From: Chamaesiphon sp. | Lineage (GTDB): Bacteria > Cyanobacteriota > Cyanobacteriia > Cyanobacteriales > Chamaesiphonaceae | Direction of reading: 5' to 3' | Assembly: GCA_965246715.1 (NCBI GenBank) | Contig: CBDFFH010000020.1 | Coordinates: forward strand, 160,001 to 224,000 | Length of the DNA: 64,000 nt | Shown: positions 11,218 through 22,016 of the stretch, piece after piece | How the letters are laid out: every line of letters starts with the position of its first letter | Position numbering within the stretch: position 1 is the first letter of the stretch | Position numbers and translations under genes: made by a program | Notes under the pieces: generated by a model | Seen by the model: only the letters and a program-made list of their open reading frames with translations | Databases searched by the model: none | Told to the model about the DNA's origin: nothing

Positions 11218-12207
11218 ATGACAACTCAAACTCCTGCACGAGATCGACTTCGATGGATCGATACAGATTTACCCAAGATCGATGATGGTAGCGACGTAAT
11301 TCAGGGATTGACCCAAACCCCTAAAACCCTTCCATGTAAATACTTCTATGACGATCGCGGCTCCGAACTATTCGAGCAAATTACCGATTTGCCTGAATAC
11401 TATCCCACCCGCACTGAACAAGCAATTCTCGAAACCTACGTCTCGGAAATCATCGCCCTCACTGGATCTTGCGAACTGATCGAACTCGGCAGTGGTAGCT
11501 CCCGCAAAACTCACACGTTGCTCACAGCCTATAGCCAGCTCCCAGACCCTCTACATTACTATCCGATCGATGTTAGCGCAGGAATTCTCCGTTCCACCGC
11601 CCTCGATCTACTCGCCACCTATTCTCAGCTCAATGTCTGCGGTGTCGCAGGTACCTACGAACGCGCCCTCGAAAATCTCCCACCCCGCATCATCGAAAAT
11701 CGGCTATTGATGTTCCTGGGTAGCACGATGGGCAATCTTGACGATCGATCTAGAAATATCTTCCTCACTCAAGTCCAGCAGGCTCTTCAACCTGGGGAAT
11801 TCTTTCTTTTGGGTGTAGACCTCCAAAAACCGATCGACGTTATGGAAGCAGCTTACAACGATGCTCAAGGAGTAACGGCGGCTTTTAATTTAAACGTATT
11901 GCAGCATCTGAACGAGCGATTCGATGGTAATTTTAATCTCGATAACTTCGAGCATTTAGCCTTCTTTAATTCCACTGCCAGCCAAATCGAAATGCACCTC
12001 AAGAGTTTGAGCGATCGAACCGTCAAATTGAAAGCTCTGGATCTAGAAATAAGCTTCAAAGCTGGTGAAACTATTCACACCGAAATCTCGCGGAAGTTTG
12101 ATATTCCGACGTTAACTGATATTCTGGCAAATCATGCACTCCATCCTCTAAAAGTCTGGACAGATCCTCAATCCTGGTTTGGTTTAGTTCTTTGTCAACG
12201 ACAATAG
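11218..12207 (+). CDS. egtD: L-histidine N-alpha-methyltransferase (ergothioneine biosynthesis)
   Basis: KYFYDDRGSELFEQIT.LPEYYPTRTE, ELGSG, AYND.QGVTAAFNLN and HTEISRKF. Confidence 0.9.
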   Translation: MTTQTPARDRLRWIDTDLPKIDDGSDVIQGLTQTPKTLPCKYFYDDRGSELFEQITDLPEYYPTRTEQAILETYVSEIIALTGSCELIELGSGSSRKTHTLLTAYSQLPDPLHYYPIDVSAGILRSTALDLLATYSQLNVCGVAGTYERALENLPPRIIENRLLMFLGSTMGNLDDRSRNIFLTQVQQALQPGEFFLLGVDLQKPIDVMEAAYNDAQGVTAAFNLNVLQHLNERFDGNFNLDNFEHLAFFNSTASQIEMHLKSLSDRTVKLKALDLEISFKAGETIHTEISRKFDIPTLTDILANHALHPLKVWTDPQSWFGLVLCQRQ

Positions 12208-12264
12208 ACCTCCTGCGAAAGTCCTACCGCGAACGATAAATTACCTAAAATATCGGAAAAACAA

Positions 12265-12948
12265 ATGCTTAATACCTTAGATAAAACCGATACAGAAATC
12301 AAGAATGATGTGCTGTCCGAACTCAAATATGAGCCAAGTATCAAAGTCACAGACATCGGTGTATTAGTAAAAGATGACATAGTGACACTCACTGGTTATA
12401 CCACCAGTTTTAACGATAAATTGACAGCCGTCCACGCTGTTAAACGGGTTGCCGGAGTAATCGCAATCGCCGACAACATCGAACTTCATATTCCTGATGC
12501 CAACCACCGCACCGACGGCGAGATCGCCGCCGCCGCTGCCCACCAAATTGAATGGTCTACCACAATCCCCGCTGAAACCGTCGGGATAACTATTCGGAAC
12601 GGTTGGGTCATCCTAGAGGGTGAAGTGGAGTGGTGGTATCAAAAGAATGCAGCAGAAGTCGCCGTGCGGCACCTATCGGGCGTTCGTGGGGTGTCTAATT
12701 CAATTTCGATTAAATCCACCGATAAAATCCCCGCAGTCGGTATCGATATTGAAGCAGCATTCGCTCGTAATGCTCTTTTAGATGCCAAACAGATCCGCAT
12801 CGAGATTGAGGGCAGTAAGGTAATGCTCCACGGCACAGTTCGGACTCTCGCCGAACGAGAAGAAGCCGAACGAGTCGCTTGGGCTGCTCAGGGGGTATTG
12901 TCAGTGGAGGATCATCTCGACGTAAAGTGGTCTAGTTTTGCCGAGTAG
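12265..12948 (+). CDS. BON domain protein (three BON domains, OsmY-like)
   Basis: Repeated V.L.G...A....GV..V.N pattern. Confidence 0.88.
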   Translation: MLNTLDKTDTEIKNDVLSELKYEPSIKVTDIGVLVKDDIVTLTGYTTSFNDKLTAVHAVKRVAGVIAIADNIELHIPDANHRTDGEIAAAAAHQIEWSTTIPAETVGITIRNGWVILEGEVEWWYQKNAAEVAVRHLSGVRGVSNSISIKSTDKIPAVGIDIEAAFARNALLDAKQIRIEIEGSKVMLHGTVRTLAEREEAERVAWAAQGVLSVEDHLDVKWSSFAE

Positions 12949-12993
12949 CAATAGCAGTATGGATGTAGTCGTCACCAACAGGAGCGCGTCGAG

Positions 12994-13566
12994 ATGGAGA
13001 AAGGGAGATTAACAGCATTCAGTGATGGTGTCATCGCCATTATCATCACGATTATGGTGTTGGAATTGAAAGTGCCTCACGGAGATAATTTAGCCGCATT
13101 GCGTCCGCTAATTCCCGTATTTGTGAGCTATGTCCTGAGCTTTATCTATTTGGGAATTTATTGGAATAATCATCACCATTTATTTCAGGTAGTGCAGTAC
13201 GTCAATGGTCGAGTTTTGTGGGCCAATCTGCATCTATTATTCTGGCTGTCACTGATTCCCTTTGTCACTGCCTGGATGGGTGAAAACTATTTCACTGCCG
13301 TACCAGTTACCTTGTATGGTGGTGTACTGTTGTTTGCCGCAATTGCTTATTCGATCCTGATTGTGACTCTCATTGCCCATCATGGCAAAGATTCGACGAT
13401 CGCGACTGCGATCGGGAGAGACTTTAAGGGTAAAGTATCGTTAGCGATCTATACCATCGCAATTCCGCTTGCCTTTGCTAATTCATGGTTAGCTTTTAGC
13501 CTCTATATATTGGTAGCAATTATATGGTTAATTCCAGATCGTCGGATTGAAAGATCGATGATCTGA
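12994..13566 (+). CDS. TMEM175 family K+ channel (DUF1211)
   Basis: RLTAFSDGVIAIIITIMVLE and YWNNHH. Confidence 0.9.
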   Translation: MEKGRLTAFSDGVIAIIITIMVLELKVPHGDNLAALRPLIPVFVSYVLSFIYLGIYWNNHHHLFQVVQYVNGRVLWANLHLLFWLSLIPFVTAWMGENYFTAVPVTLYGGVLLFAAIAYSILIVTLIAHHGKDSTIATAIGRDFKGKVSLAIYTIAIPLAFANSWLAFSLYILVAIIWLIPDRRIERSMI

Positions 13567-13692
13567 TCGAAGTATCACCAGACCGCTATCTACGCCAGTA
13601 ACTCGAACTATTTACAATTGGATCGTTCACAAAGTGTGGGCTTTGCCCAATCGCATAGACTTACTAAATTCACTCACATCAGAGGTAATTAA

Positions 13693-14430
13693 ATGATTAC
13701 TACAGCTATCCACACAATTCACGATTCTCCTTCGGAGAGGCTACACCAACGCAATCTCCGAGGACATAGCAAAATCGGCTGGCTCGATAGCTGGCACACC
13801 TTTTCATTCAGTGGTTTTCAAGATCCCAATCGGATGGGTTTTCGTTCGCTGCGAGTAATTAATGACGACCGAGTGATTCCTGGTGCGGGATTTGGCACAC
13901 ACTCACACCGCGATATGGAAATTCTCACCTACGTTTTAGAAGGAGAATTAGCACATAAAGATAGCCTGGGCACTGGCTCGGTCATTTTCCCTGGCGACGT
14001 GCAAATTATGAGTGCGGGGACGGGAATTCAACACAGCGAATTTAATAATTCCGATAGCGAACCCGTCCATTTTCTGCAAATTTGGATGTTACCAGATCGG
14101 CAGAATATCACTCCACGTTACGATCAACGCAATTTTCCATTAGCCGAAAAACAGGGGAAATTACGGCTGGTTGGTTCCAAAGATGGACGAGATGGTTCGG
14201 TGGTAATCAATCAAGATATTAACCTCTATGTCTCGGTACTGTCGGCAGGCGATGCAATCGAGTTTGAGGTAAAGCCTAATCGTTTTGCCTGGGTTCAAGT
14301 CGCACGGGGTATCGCAACACTCAATGGCGAATCATTACGTGAAGGTGATGGGGTACAAATTAACAGTCCAGAATTGCTAGAAATAACTACCGAATCTAAC
14401 GCTGAAATTTTATTATTCGATCTGTCCTAA
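13693..14430 (+). CDS. Pirin family protein (copy 2, with 8-aa micro-element insertion)
   Basis: Near-duplicate of 9239..9952 with extra SPSERLHQ. Confidence 0.92.
   Translation: MITTAIHTIHDSPSERLHQRNLRGHSKIGWLDSWHTFSFSGFQDPNRMGFRSLRVINDDRVIPGAGFGTHSHRDMEILTYVLEGELAHKDSLGTGSVIFPGDVQIMSAGTGIQHSEFNNSDSEPVHFLQIWMLPDRQNITPRYDQRNFPLAEKQGKLRLVGSKDGRDGSVVINQDINLYVSVLSAGDAIEFEVKPNRFAWVQVARGIATLNGESLREGDGVQINSPELLEITTESNAEILLFDLS
13726..13749 (+). mobile_element. 24-nt micro-element, in frame in pirin 2
   Basis: CGAT+TCTCCTTCGGAGAGGCTACACCAA+CG; absent from pirin copy 1. Confidence 0.85.
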
Positions 14431-14582
14431 AACTCGATTTCATAGACATTATCGAGATCCCGATCGATGAATTGTTACTCGTCAATCGGCATGTTTCGAG
14501 TGAGGTAAACATTTTAATTTAATCCTAACGGAAAATTATCTGTCGATAAGCCATCACCAAAACGATCGAGGAGTCCATTGTT

Positions 14583-14969
14583 ATGAATGCAACCAACGGC
14601 ATTATCACCCAGCCTAGCCCCTACTCAGTGGCTGAAACCATCGATCGATTAGCAGCCGTCCTTGAGGCAAAAGGCATCACCATTTTTGCCCGCATCGACC
14701 AACAGGCTGAAGCCGAAAAAGTCGGACTTAAGCTGAGTCCGACACAGTTGTTATTGTTTGGCAGCCCTCAAGCCGGAACGCCGCTGATGGTGGCGGAACC
14801 GACGATCGCGCTAGATTTACCCCTGAAAGTACTGGCATGGGCAGCGACCGATGGCAAAGTGTGGCTGAGTTACAACGATCCCAACTATTTACAGCAGCGG
14901 TTCTCGCTCTCGGATGAGTTGGTGAAGAACATCGCTGTCATCGCGCCTTTAATCGATTACCTCCGGTAG
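14583..14969 (+). CDS. DUF302 domain protein (C-terminus altered by a micro-element)
   Basis: S.YSVAETIDRL, FARIDQ, FGSPQAGTPLM and LDLPLKVLAW. Confidence 0.85.
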   Translation: MNATNGIITQPSPYSVAETIDRLAAVLEAKGITIFARIDQQAEAEKVGLKLSPTQLLLFGSPQAGTPLMVAEPTIALDLPLKVLAWAATDGKVWLSYNDPNYLQQRFSLSDELVKNIAVIAPLIDYLR

Positions 14970-14979
14970 GCTACGCCAA
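14958..14979 (+). mobile_element. 22-nt micro-element variant
   Basis: CGAT+TACCTCCGGTAGGCTACGCCAA+CG; it supplies the TAG that ends the DUF302 gene. Confidence 0.75.
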
Positions 14980-15068
14980 CGAGCACTAAGCAACTCACAC
15001 TGAGATGACTGGTGGAATTGCACGCTTGATCGTCGATATCCCTCTATTACTGCTAGGAAAGATAAAAA

Positions 15069-16097
15069 ATGCAAATCGGATTTATTGGACTTGGGCGGAT
15101 GGGCGCGAACATGGTGCGACGATTGCTGCACCATGGACAGGAGTGCGTGGTGTACAACCGCTCACCTGAAAAAGTGAACCAACTGACCGCAGAAGGCGCA
15201 ACTGGCGTTTCGAGCTTGGACGAACTCGTCGAGCGACTCAACCCACCGCGAGCCATCTGGCTGATGGTTCCGGCTGGCGATCCCACCGAACAGATAGTCG
15301 AACAGCTCGCCCAAAGGCTAGAGCCTGGAGATATCTTAATCGACGGCGGTAACTCTTACTACGTTGACGATCTGCGGCGTGCTCAAGCAGTTGCCGATCG
15401 CGGAATTCACTATCTGGATGTGGGCACTAGTGGCGGGGTGTGGGGACGAGAGCGCGGCTACTGCATGATGATTGGCGGCAAAGCAGAGGCTGTCAAACAC
15501 CTCGATCCTGTCTTTAAAGCACTCGCGCCAGGAGTAGGCACGATCGATCGCACGCCGGGGCGGGATAAAGTAGGTGGCACGCCCGAAGAAGGCTATCTCC
15601 ACTGTGGCACCAGCGGCGCGGGGCACTTCGTTAAAATGGTACATAACGGCATCGAGTACGGCATGATGGCGGCTTATGCCGAGGGACTCAATATTCTGCA
15701 TCAAGCCAATGTGGGGAAGCGATCGCGCGAGTTTGATGCTGAAACCGCACCGATGCGCGACCCAGAACACTATCAGTATGACTTTAACCTGCCAGACATT
15801 ACCGAAGTGTGGCGACGGGGCAGTGTGATTTCATCGTGGCTATTAGATCTAACCGCGATCGCCCTACTCGAACAACCCGACTTAGCCAAGTATACAGGGC
15901 GAGTGTCAGATTCTGGGGAGGGGCGTTGGACATTAATTGCCGCCATTGATGAAGGCGTTCCGGCTCCCGTGCTCAATGCCGCCGTCAATCAACGATTTGC
16001 TTCACGCGGTGCCGAAGACTTTGCCAACAAATTACTCTCGGCGATGCGGATGCAGTTTGGCGGACACGAGGAACAACATACGGAGATTAGATCGTGA
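15069..16097 (+). CDS. gnd: Decarboxylating 6-phosphogluconate dehydrogenase, short (YqeC-type) form
   Basis: [33 protein letters not shown] and MRMQFGGH. Confidence 0.9.
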   Translation: MQIGFIGLGRMGANMVRRLLHHGQECVVYNRSPEKVNQLTAEGATGVSSLDELVERLNPPRAIWLMVPAGDPTEQIVEQLAQRLEPGDILIDGGNSYYVDDLRRAQAVADRGIHYLDVGTSGGVWGRERGYCMMIGGKAEAVKHLDPVFKALAPGVGTIDRTPGRDKVGGTPEEGYLHCGTSGAGHFVKMVHNGIEYGMMAAYAEGLNILHQANVGKRSREFDAETAPMRDPEHYQYDFNLPDITEVWRRGSVISSWLLDLTAIALLEQPDLAKYTGRVSDSGEGRWTLIAAIDEGVPAPVLNAAVNQRFASRGAEDFANKLLSAMRMQFGGHEEQHTEIRS

Positions 16098-16212
16098 CAA
16101 ATCCTCTAAAACTGTCCAATCTCTGGATCGTGGCGATCGCTGTGTGAGTTTTGCCGCCTGAATTTAGGCGAACCCTACTTCGATTCATCCAACTAATTTG
16201 GAGCTTTAAACT

Positions 16213-17511
16213 TTGAATGAGACTCGATATCCGACGGTGATGCTAGGTGGCGGCTTCGTCGGATTGTTTGCCGCCCTGCATCTACATCATCAACGCTATT
16301 CAGTGCCGACGCTCTTAATCGATTCTCCAGAGGAGAGGCTCCGCCAACGAGAATGGAATTTTACCTTCAAACCGCTACTATATGAATTCCTCAGCGGCGA
16401 AATGAACGATCGACTGATTCGGCTGCGTTACGATGACTTGCTCAAGCATACGGGAATTGCCTTTGTCAAAGATGAAATCGTTCAAATCGATCTGCACCAG
16501 CAGCAAATTTACCTGGCATCTGGCTTGCACTATCGATATGAAAATTTAGTGCTCGCTTTGGGCAGCGTCACCAATTATCTCAATGTGCCTGGAGCGCAAG
16601 ACAATACCATTGCGTTTCGGACGGACGGGGATGCGATGACCCTCGGACAACATTTGCGCGATCGTCTCCAGCAAGCCAGCCAAACTCAAGATCCCGACCT
16701 GCGGCGACAGATGCTCACGGTCGCAATTTTAGGCGCGGGACGATCTGGTGTCGAACTCGCAGGCACATTGGCGGATTTACTGCCAGAATGGTACGCGCCG
16801 TTGGGTGGAATGGTAGCAGAAATCCGCCTGACGCTCGTCCAGCGCGGGCAGGACATTCTCAAAGGCGATCCCGAACAACTGCGGAAAGTAGCAGAAGTAG
16901 CATTGCAGCACCGAGCCATTCCAGTAGAATTATGCTTGGAATCAGAAGTCAAATCGGTACGTGCTGGTGAAGTCGAGCTAATCCGGCACGATTCTCTTCT
17001 AGAGACGCTCCGCGATCGAGTCGAAACGCTGACCGCTGGCACCATCATCTGGACGACAGGCACGACTCCCCACCCCCTAATTAAAACATTGCCGATTGCC
17101 AACGAGCATCGCGATCGTGCCGCTCGACTGCACGTTACTCCGACATTGCAGCTTCCTGATTTTCCCAATGTGTTTGCAGCAGGCGATTGTGTCACCAATC
17201 CAGAACATCCGCTGCCAACTATCGCCCAAGTCGCTTACCAACAAGGAGCAGCAATTGCCTACAATCTCCAAGCTCTAGCGGAAAACCGCTCGCTCGTCCC
17301 TGCTAAAGTGCAGCTACGGGGCACTTTGATGAAGCTAGGGCTTGCCGAAAGTGTGGCGGAGATCTTCGATCGGATCGAAGTCAAGGGCAATCTCGGTCAT
17401 TTGCTCAGACAAGCGACCTATATCGAAATGCTTCCTACGCCTGCCCGCAATTTTAAAGCAACGGCAGAATGGCTCTCGGATGGAGTCTTCGACCGCATCA
17501 CTGGAACTTAA
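16213..17511 (+). CDS. NAD(P)/FAD-dependent oxidoreductase (NDH-2-like) with two in-frame micro-element insertions
   Basis: GGGFVG, FKPLLYE, GAGRSGVELAG, FAAGD and AQVAYQQG. Confidence 0.85.
   Translation: MNETRYPTVMLGGGFVGLFAALHLHHQRYSVPTLLIDSPEERLRQREWNFTFKPLLYEFLSGEMNDRLIRLRYDDLLKHTGIAFVKDEIVQIDLHQQQIYLASGLHYRYENLVLALGSVTNYLNVPGAQDNTIAFRTDGDAMTLGQHLRDRLQQASQTQDPDLRRQMLTVAILGAGRSGVELAGTLADLLPEWYAPLGGMVAEIRLTLVQRGQDILKGDPEQLRKVAEVALQHRAIPVELCLESEVKSVRAGEVELIRHDSLLETLRDRVETLTAGTIIWTTGTTPHPLIKTLPIANEHRDRAARLHVTPTLQLPDFPNVFAAGDCVTNPEHPLPTIAQVAYQQGAAIAYNLQALAENRSLVPAKVQLRGTLMKLGLAESVAEIFDRIEVKGNLGHLLRQATYIEMLPTPARNFKATAEWLSDGVFDRITGT
16324..16347 (+). mobile_element. 24-nt micro-element, in frame
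   Basis: CGAT+TCTCCAGAGGAGAGGCTCCGCCAA+CG (encodes SPEERLRQ). Confidence 0.8.
16993..17016 (+). mobile_element. 24-nt micro-element, in frame
   Basis: CGAT+TCTCTTCTAGAGACGCTCCGCGAT+CG (encodes SLLETLRD). Confidence 0.75.
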
Positions 17512-17585
17512 TCCCAGATCGGCAGCGATCGAACTTTTGGCATCAAACAACCGATCGCAATCTCAATCCATCAGCGGTAACGAAG

Positions 17586-18395
17586 ATGACAAACTCACCC
17601 AAACGGAGATCGCTACACTGGGCAGAATACGCCGCCGAAGGGTTAGGAACTGGATTATTAGTCTTTGTCGGACTCAGTGCTGTCGTGTTTAACTTTGGCA
17701 AAGGGCTACCGATGGAAAGCTGGGTTCCAGATCTGAGTATGCGTCGTCTATTGACTGGGCTGATGTTTTCGGGCACGGGTTCGCTGATTGCGATTTCGCC
17801 GCTGGGCAAGCTCAGTGGTGCTCACATTAATCCATCGCTATCGTTAGCATTCTGGCTGCAAGGAAAAATGCAGCATCAGGATTTGGTCGGCTATATTATC
17901 GCTCAATGTGTGGGCGCGATCGTCGGTGCAGTGCTACTGGTGAGGGTTTGGGGAGTATATGCCGCCAGCGTGAATAATGGGATGACTCTGCCTGGGAACA
18001 ACTATACCTTGGGGACGGTATTTCTAGCAGAAGTCAGTATGACCTGGTTATTGGTATTGCTGATTTTTTGGTTTGTCAGTAATCCTCGCTTGTTGCGGTG
18101 GACTCCCGTGATGACTTGGATTGTGGTTGCCGTAATGGTGTGGCTAGAATCGCCCATTTCAGGGACAAGCCTCAATTCCGCTCGAAGTCTCGGCCCCGCC
18201 TTGGTCAGTCACAACTGGAGCGATTGGTGGATTTATGCGATCGCGCCGCTGTGTGGAGCCACGATCGCGGTGGTCGTCTTTCGCTACTTCGAGCGCGATG
18301 TGCTCACAGGTAAGCTGTTTCATGTATCTCACTATCGGAGCATTTTCAAAAATGTCACAGCTCCATGTCTACAGAATGGTCGCCTCAGTCGTTAA
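17586..18395 (+). CDS. MIP/aquaporin family channel
   Basis: SGAHINPS and GTSLNSARSLGP (variant NPA motifs); hydrophobic helices. Confidence 0.88.
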   Translation: MTNSPKRRSLHWAEYAAEGLGTGLLVFVGLSAVVFNFGKGLPMESWVPDLSMRRLLTGLMFSGTGSLIAISPLGKLSGAHINPSLSLAFWLQGKMQHQDLVGYIIAQCVGAIVGAVLLVRVWGVYAASVNNGMTLPGNNYTLGTVFLAEVSMTWLLVLLIFWFVSNPRLLRWTPVMTWIVVAVMVWLESPISGTSLNSARSLGPALVSHNWSDWWIYAIAPLCGATIAVVVFRYFERDVLTGKLFHVSHYRSIFKNVTAPCLQNGRLSR

Positions 18396-18416
18396 ATTTG
18401 GTTAGGAGAATACAGC

Positions 18417-19208
18417 GTGAAGTTAGCCGAAAAAGTCGCATTAGTAACGGGTAGTAGTGGAGGCATCGGACAAGCGATCGCCATTCGACTAGCCGAAGAA
18501 GGAGCCGATATCGTCATTGACTATCGATCGCACCCCGATGGTGCCGCCGAGACTAAATCGCAAGTTGAAGCCACCGGACGCAAAGGGCATATCGTTCGCG
18601 CCGATTTAGGCGAGGTTGAAGATGTTTTCAAACTGATTGCCGAAGCTATTCACACCTTTGGCAAACTGGATATTCTCGTCAATAATGCGGGGCTTGAGCA
18701 AAAAGCCGATTTTTGGGATGTGACCGAAGCCGATTACGTTGGTCGAAGACCTGCCTTCGGCAATCGCGTGATTAATGTCAATCTCAAAGGTGTATTTTTT
18801 GCCACCCAAGCGATCGTTAAACATCTCAAAGAAACCAACCGTCCTGGCAAAATTGTTAACATTAGTTCCGTACATGAAGAGTTGCCATTTCCACATTTTA
18901 CGTCCTACTGTATCAGTAAAGGCGGCGTAAAAATGATGATGCGAAATTTAGCAGTCGAACTCGGATCGCTGGGCATCAATATTAATAATGTGGCACCAGG
19001 GGCGATCGAAACTCCCCTCAATACTGAGTTGCTCAACAATCCCGCCCAATTGAATGCCGTGCTAAAAAATATTCCCCTGGGGCGATTGGGAAAACCCGAA
19101 GATGTCGCCGCATTGGTGTCATTCCTAGCTTCATCGGATGCAGACTACATCACCGGATCGACGTTTTATGTGGATGGCGGACTGCTCTGGAACTATCAAG
19201 AACAGTAA
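18417..19208 (+). CDS. Glucose 1-dehydrogenase-like SDR with in-frame micro-element
   Basis: [17 protein letters not shown] and YCISKGG. Confidence 0.88.
   Translation: MKLAEKVALVTGSSGGIGQAIAIRLAEEGADIVIDYRSHPDGAAETKSQVEATGRKGHIVRADLGEVEDVFKLIAEAIHTFGKLDILVNNAGLEQKADFWDVTEADYVGRRPAFGNRVINVNLKGVFFATQAIVKHLKETNRPGKIVNISSVHEELPFPHFTSYCISKGGVKMMMRNLAVELGSLGININNVAPGAIETPLNTELLNNPAQLNAVLKNIPLGRLGKPEDVAALVSFLASSDADYITGSTFYVDGGLLWNYQEQ
18739..18762 (-). mobile_element. 24-nt micro-element, in frame, reverse orientation
   Basis: CGAT+TGCCGAAGGCAGGTCTTCGACCAA+CG on minus; removal restores the typical SDR segment [14 protein letters not shown]. Confidence 0.8.
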
Positions 19209-19233
19209 TCGAAAAAATTATTGCAGGGTGGAT

Positions 19234-21900
19234 ATGACTGCTGAAGAACAAAGATTAGCCCAGGATCTCGAACGCACAACTTACTGGAAACGTTGGGGGC
19301 CTTACTTGAGCGAACGTCAATGGGGCACCGTGCGCGAAGATTATAGTGCTACTGGAGATGCGTGGCAGTACTTTTCACACGACCAAGCGCGATCGCGTGC
19401 CTATCGTTGGGGCGAAGATGGGATTGGCGGAATTTCGGACAATCATCAACGATTGTGTTTGGCGATCGCACTGTGGAACGAGCGCGATCCGATTCTCAAA
19501 GAGCGAATGTTTGGCTTGACGGGCAATGAAGGCAATCACGGCGAAGATGTTAAAGAATACTATTTTTTTCTTGACAATACGCCGACTCATACTTATATGA
19601 AAATGCTCTATAAGTATCCACAATCTGCATTTCCCTATACCCAACTCGTTGAGGAAAATCAACGGCGTGGTAAACAAGATCCAGAGTTTGAACTGCTCGA
19701 TACTGGGATATTTAATGAAGATCGTTATTTCGATATTGCGATCGAATATGCCAAAGCTGCGCCCGAAGATATTTTAATTCAATACACCATTAGCAATCGT
19801 GGCTCTGAAGCAAAACCCCTGCATTTTCTACCGACGCTGTGGTTTCGGAATACGTGGTCTTGGGGAAACCAGAATGAAGCAAAGCCCGTCTTAAAAGTCT
19901 TGAAATCCGCTGAAAACCTGAGTGTCATCGAAGCTGCTCATCCCAGCTTAGGAACGCGGTGGCTGTACTGTGATGCGGCTCCCGAACTACTATTTACCGA
20001 AAATGAAACCAACTTCGAGCGGCTGTTTCAAATGGACAATCCGACTCCCTATGTCAAAGATGCCATCCATGAATATTTAATTCACGATCGCCAAGCTGCC
20101 GTCAATCCAAATCGGATGGGTACGAAAGTTACCGCCCATTATTCGCTGTGGTTAGCAGCAGGTGAAACCAAAACGATTCGACTCAGATTAACCGACTCCC
20201 CAACACAGCCCGATCCGTTTGGTGCAGAATTTGCGACGGTATTTCGCGATCGCATCTGTGAAGCCGACGAATTCTATCAGCGCATCACCCCAACGTCACT
20301 CTCTGAGGACTTAAGATTGATTCAGCGGCAAGCCTTTGCGGGAATGCTCTGGAGCAAGCAGTTTTATCTCTACGTGGTCGAAGATTGGCTCAAGGGCGAT
20401 CCAGGCACCTCGACTCCACCTGCTTCCCGTGCCGATATCAGAAACCAAGATTGGGTGCATCTGTATAGCGATGATGTCCTGTCGATGCCCGATACCTGGG
20501 AATATCCGTGGTTTGCCGCGTGGGATTTAGCCTTTCATGTAGTACCCTTAGCGACGATCGATCCCGACTTTGCCAAGCGGCAGCTAAGTCGCCTGACGCG
20601 GGAATGGTATATGCATCCGAATGGACAACTTCCGGCGTATGAATGGGCGTTCAGCGATGTCAATCCCCCTGTTCATGCCTGGGCGGCTTGGCAAGTCTAT
20701 CAAATCGAACAAAAACTCTACGGACGAGCGGACAAACTGTTTTTAGAGCGGGTCTTTCAAAAATTACTGCTCAACTTTACGTGGTGGGTAAATCGGAAAG
20801 ATCTGACCGGAAACAATATCTTTCAAGGCGGCTTTCTCGGTTTGGATAATATTGGGGTGTTCGATCGCAGTGCGCCCCTGCCAAATGGTGGCTATCTGGA
20901 GCAGGCGGATGGCACGAGCTGGATGGCAATGTATTGTGTCAATATGCTGACGATCGCCATCGAACTGGCTCAAGACAGCCCCGCTTATGAAGATATCGCC
21001 AGTAAGTTCTTTGAACACTTTCTGCGGATTACCAGTGCGATGGATGGTGTGGGTAAAGATGAAATTTCGCTCTGGGATGCAGAGGATCGATTTTACTACG
21101 ATGCGGTACTATTTCCCGATGGTCGGCACGAATTGATGAAAGTGAGATCGCTCGTCGGACTGATTCCGCTACTCGCCGTCGGCACGATCTCAGCCGAGCA
21201 ATTAGAACGGCTACCAGGCTTTCGTAGCCGGACTGAATGGTTTATTCACAACCGTCCCGACTTAACCAATGGCATCGCCTGTATGCACACAGCAGGTCAA
21301 GCTGGACGTACCTTACTCGCTTTACTCGATCGACACAAGCTACCCCAAATCCTCAGCCGATTACTCGATCAAACTGAGTTTCTGAGTGACTACGGCATTC
21401 GCTCCGTATCGAAATTTCATGCCAAACATCCATACGCGATCGTTCTCAACAGCCACGACTATCGCGTCGATTACGAACCCGCAGAATCGACGAGTGGATT
21501 ATTCGGTGGTAACTCAAATTGGCGCGGCCCGATCTGGTTTCCAGTCAATTATTTAATCGTCGAAGCATTGCTAACGTTCCATCACTATTTAGGCGACGAA
21601 TCGAAAATCGAGTGCCCAACGGGTTCGGGACAGTGGCTGACATTTGAAGAAGTAGCGATCGAGTTAGCCCAGCGGCTGATGCGGATCTTTCTCCCCGCTG
21701 CTAAGGGTCGTCGCCCCGTATTTGGCGGCATCGAAACCCTCCAAACCAATCCCCACTGGCGCGATCTAATTTTGTTTCATGAATACTTTCATGGCGATAA
21801 TGGAGCCGGATTGGGCGCAAGCCATCAAACGGGTTGGACAGGGACGATTGCTGCTTTAATCGATCGATTTGGCGCAGATCGATCGCGCTCAGGAAAATAA
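19234..21900 (+). CDS. GH63 / MGH1-like glycoside hydrolase
   Basis: [44 protein letters not shown] and [20 protein letters not shown]. Confidence 0.88.
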   Translation: MTAEEQRLAQDLERTTYWKRWGPYLSERQWGTVREDYSATGDAWQYFSHDQARSRAYRWGEDGIGGISDNHQRLCLAIALWNERDPILKERMFGLTGNEGNHGEDVKEYYFFLDNTPTHTYMKMLYKYPQSAFPYTQLVEENQRRGKQDPEFELLDTGIFNEDRYFDIAIEYAKAAPEDILIQYTISNRGSEAKPLHFLPTLWFRNTWSWGNQNEAKPVLKVLKSAENLSVIEAAHPSLGTRWLYCDAAPELLFTENETNFERLFQMDNPTPYVKDAIHEYLIHDRQAAVNPNRMGTKVTAHYSLWLAAGETKTIRLRLTDSPTQPDPFGAEFATVFRDRICEADEFYQRITPTSLSEDLRLIQRQAFAGMLWSKQFYLYVVEDWLKGDPGTSTPPASRADIRNQDWVHLYSDDVLSMPDTWEYPWFAAWDLAFHVVPLATIDPDFAKRQLSRLTREWYMHPNGQLPAYEWAFSDVNPPVHAWAAWQVYQIEQKLYGRADKLFLERVFQKLLLNFTWWVNRKDLTGNNIFQGGFLGLDNIGVFDRSAPLPNGGYLEQADGTSWMAMYCVNMLTIAIELAQDSPAYEDIASKFFEHFLRITSAMDGVGKDEISLWDAEDRFYYDAVLFPDGRHELMKVRSLVGLIPLLAVGTISAEQLERLPGFRSRTEWFIHNRPDLTNGIACMHTAGQAGRTLLALLDRHKLPQILSRLLDQTEFLSDYGIRSVSKFHAKHPYAIVLNSHDYRVDYEPAESTSGLFGGNSNWRGPIWFPVNYLIVEALLTFHHYLGDESKIECPTGSGQWLTFEEVAIELAQRLMRIFLPAAKGRRPVFGGIETLQTNPHWRDLILFHEYFHGDNGAGLGASHQTGWTGTIAALIDRFGADRSRSGK

Positions 21901-22016
21901 CAGTAGTGAGCTAAATGGGTTACTGAGATCTTTGCCTGATGATGCCCCACAACCACTCATGAATAAAGTTCGCAATCGTTAAACTAAAGCATGAAACGAT
22001 CGAGCGAGGAAGTCTT

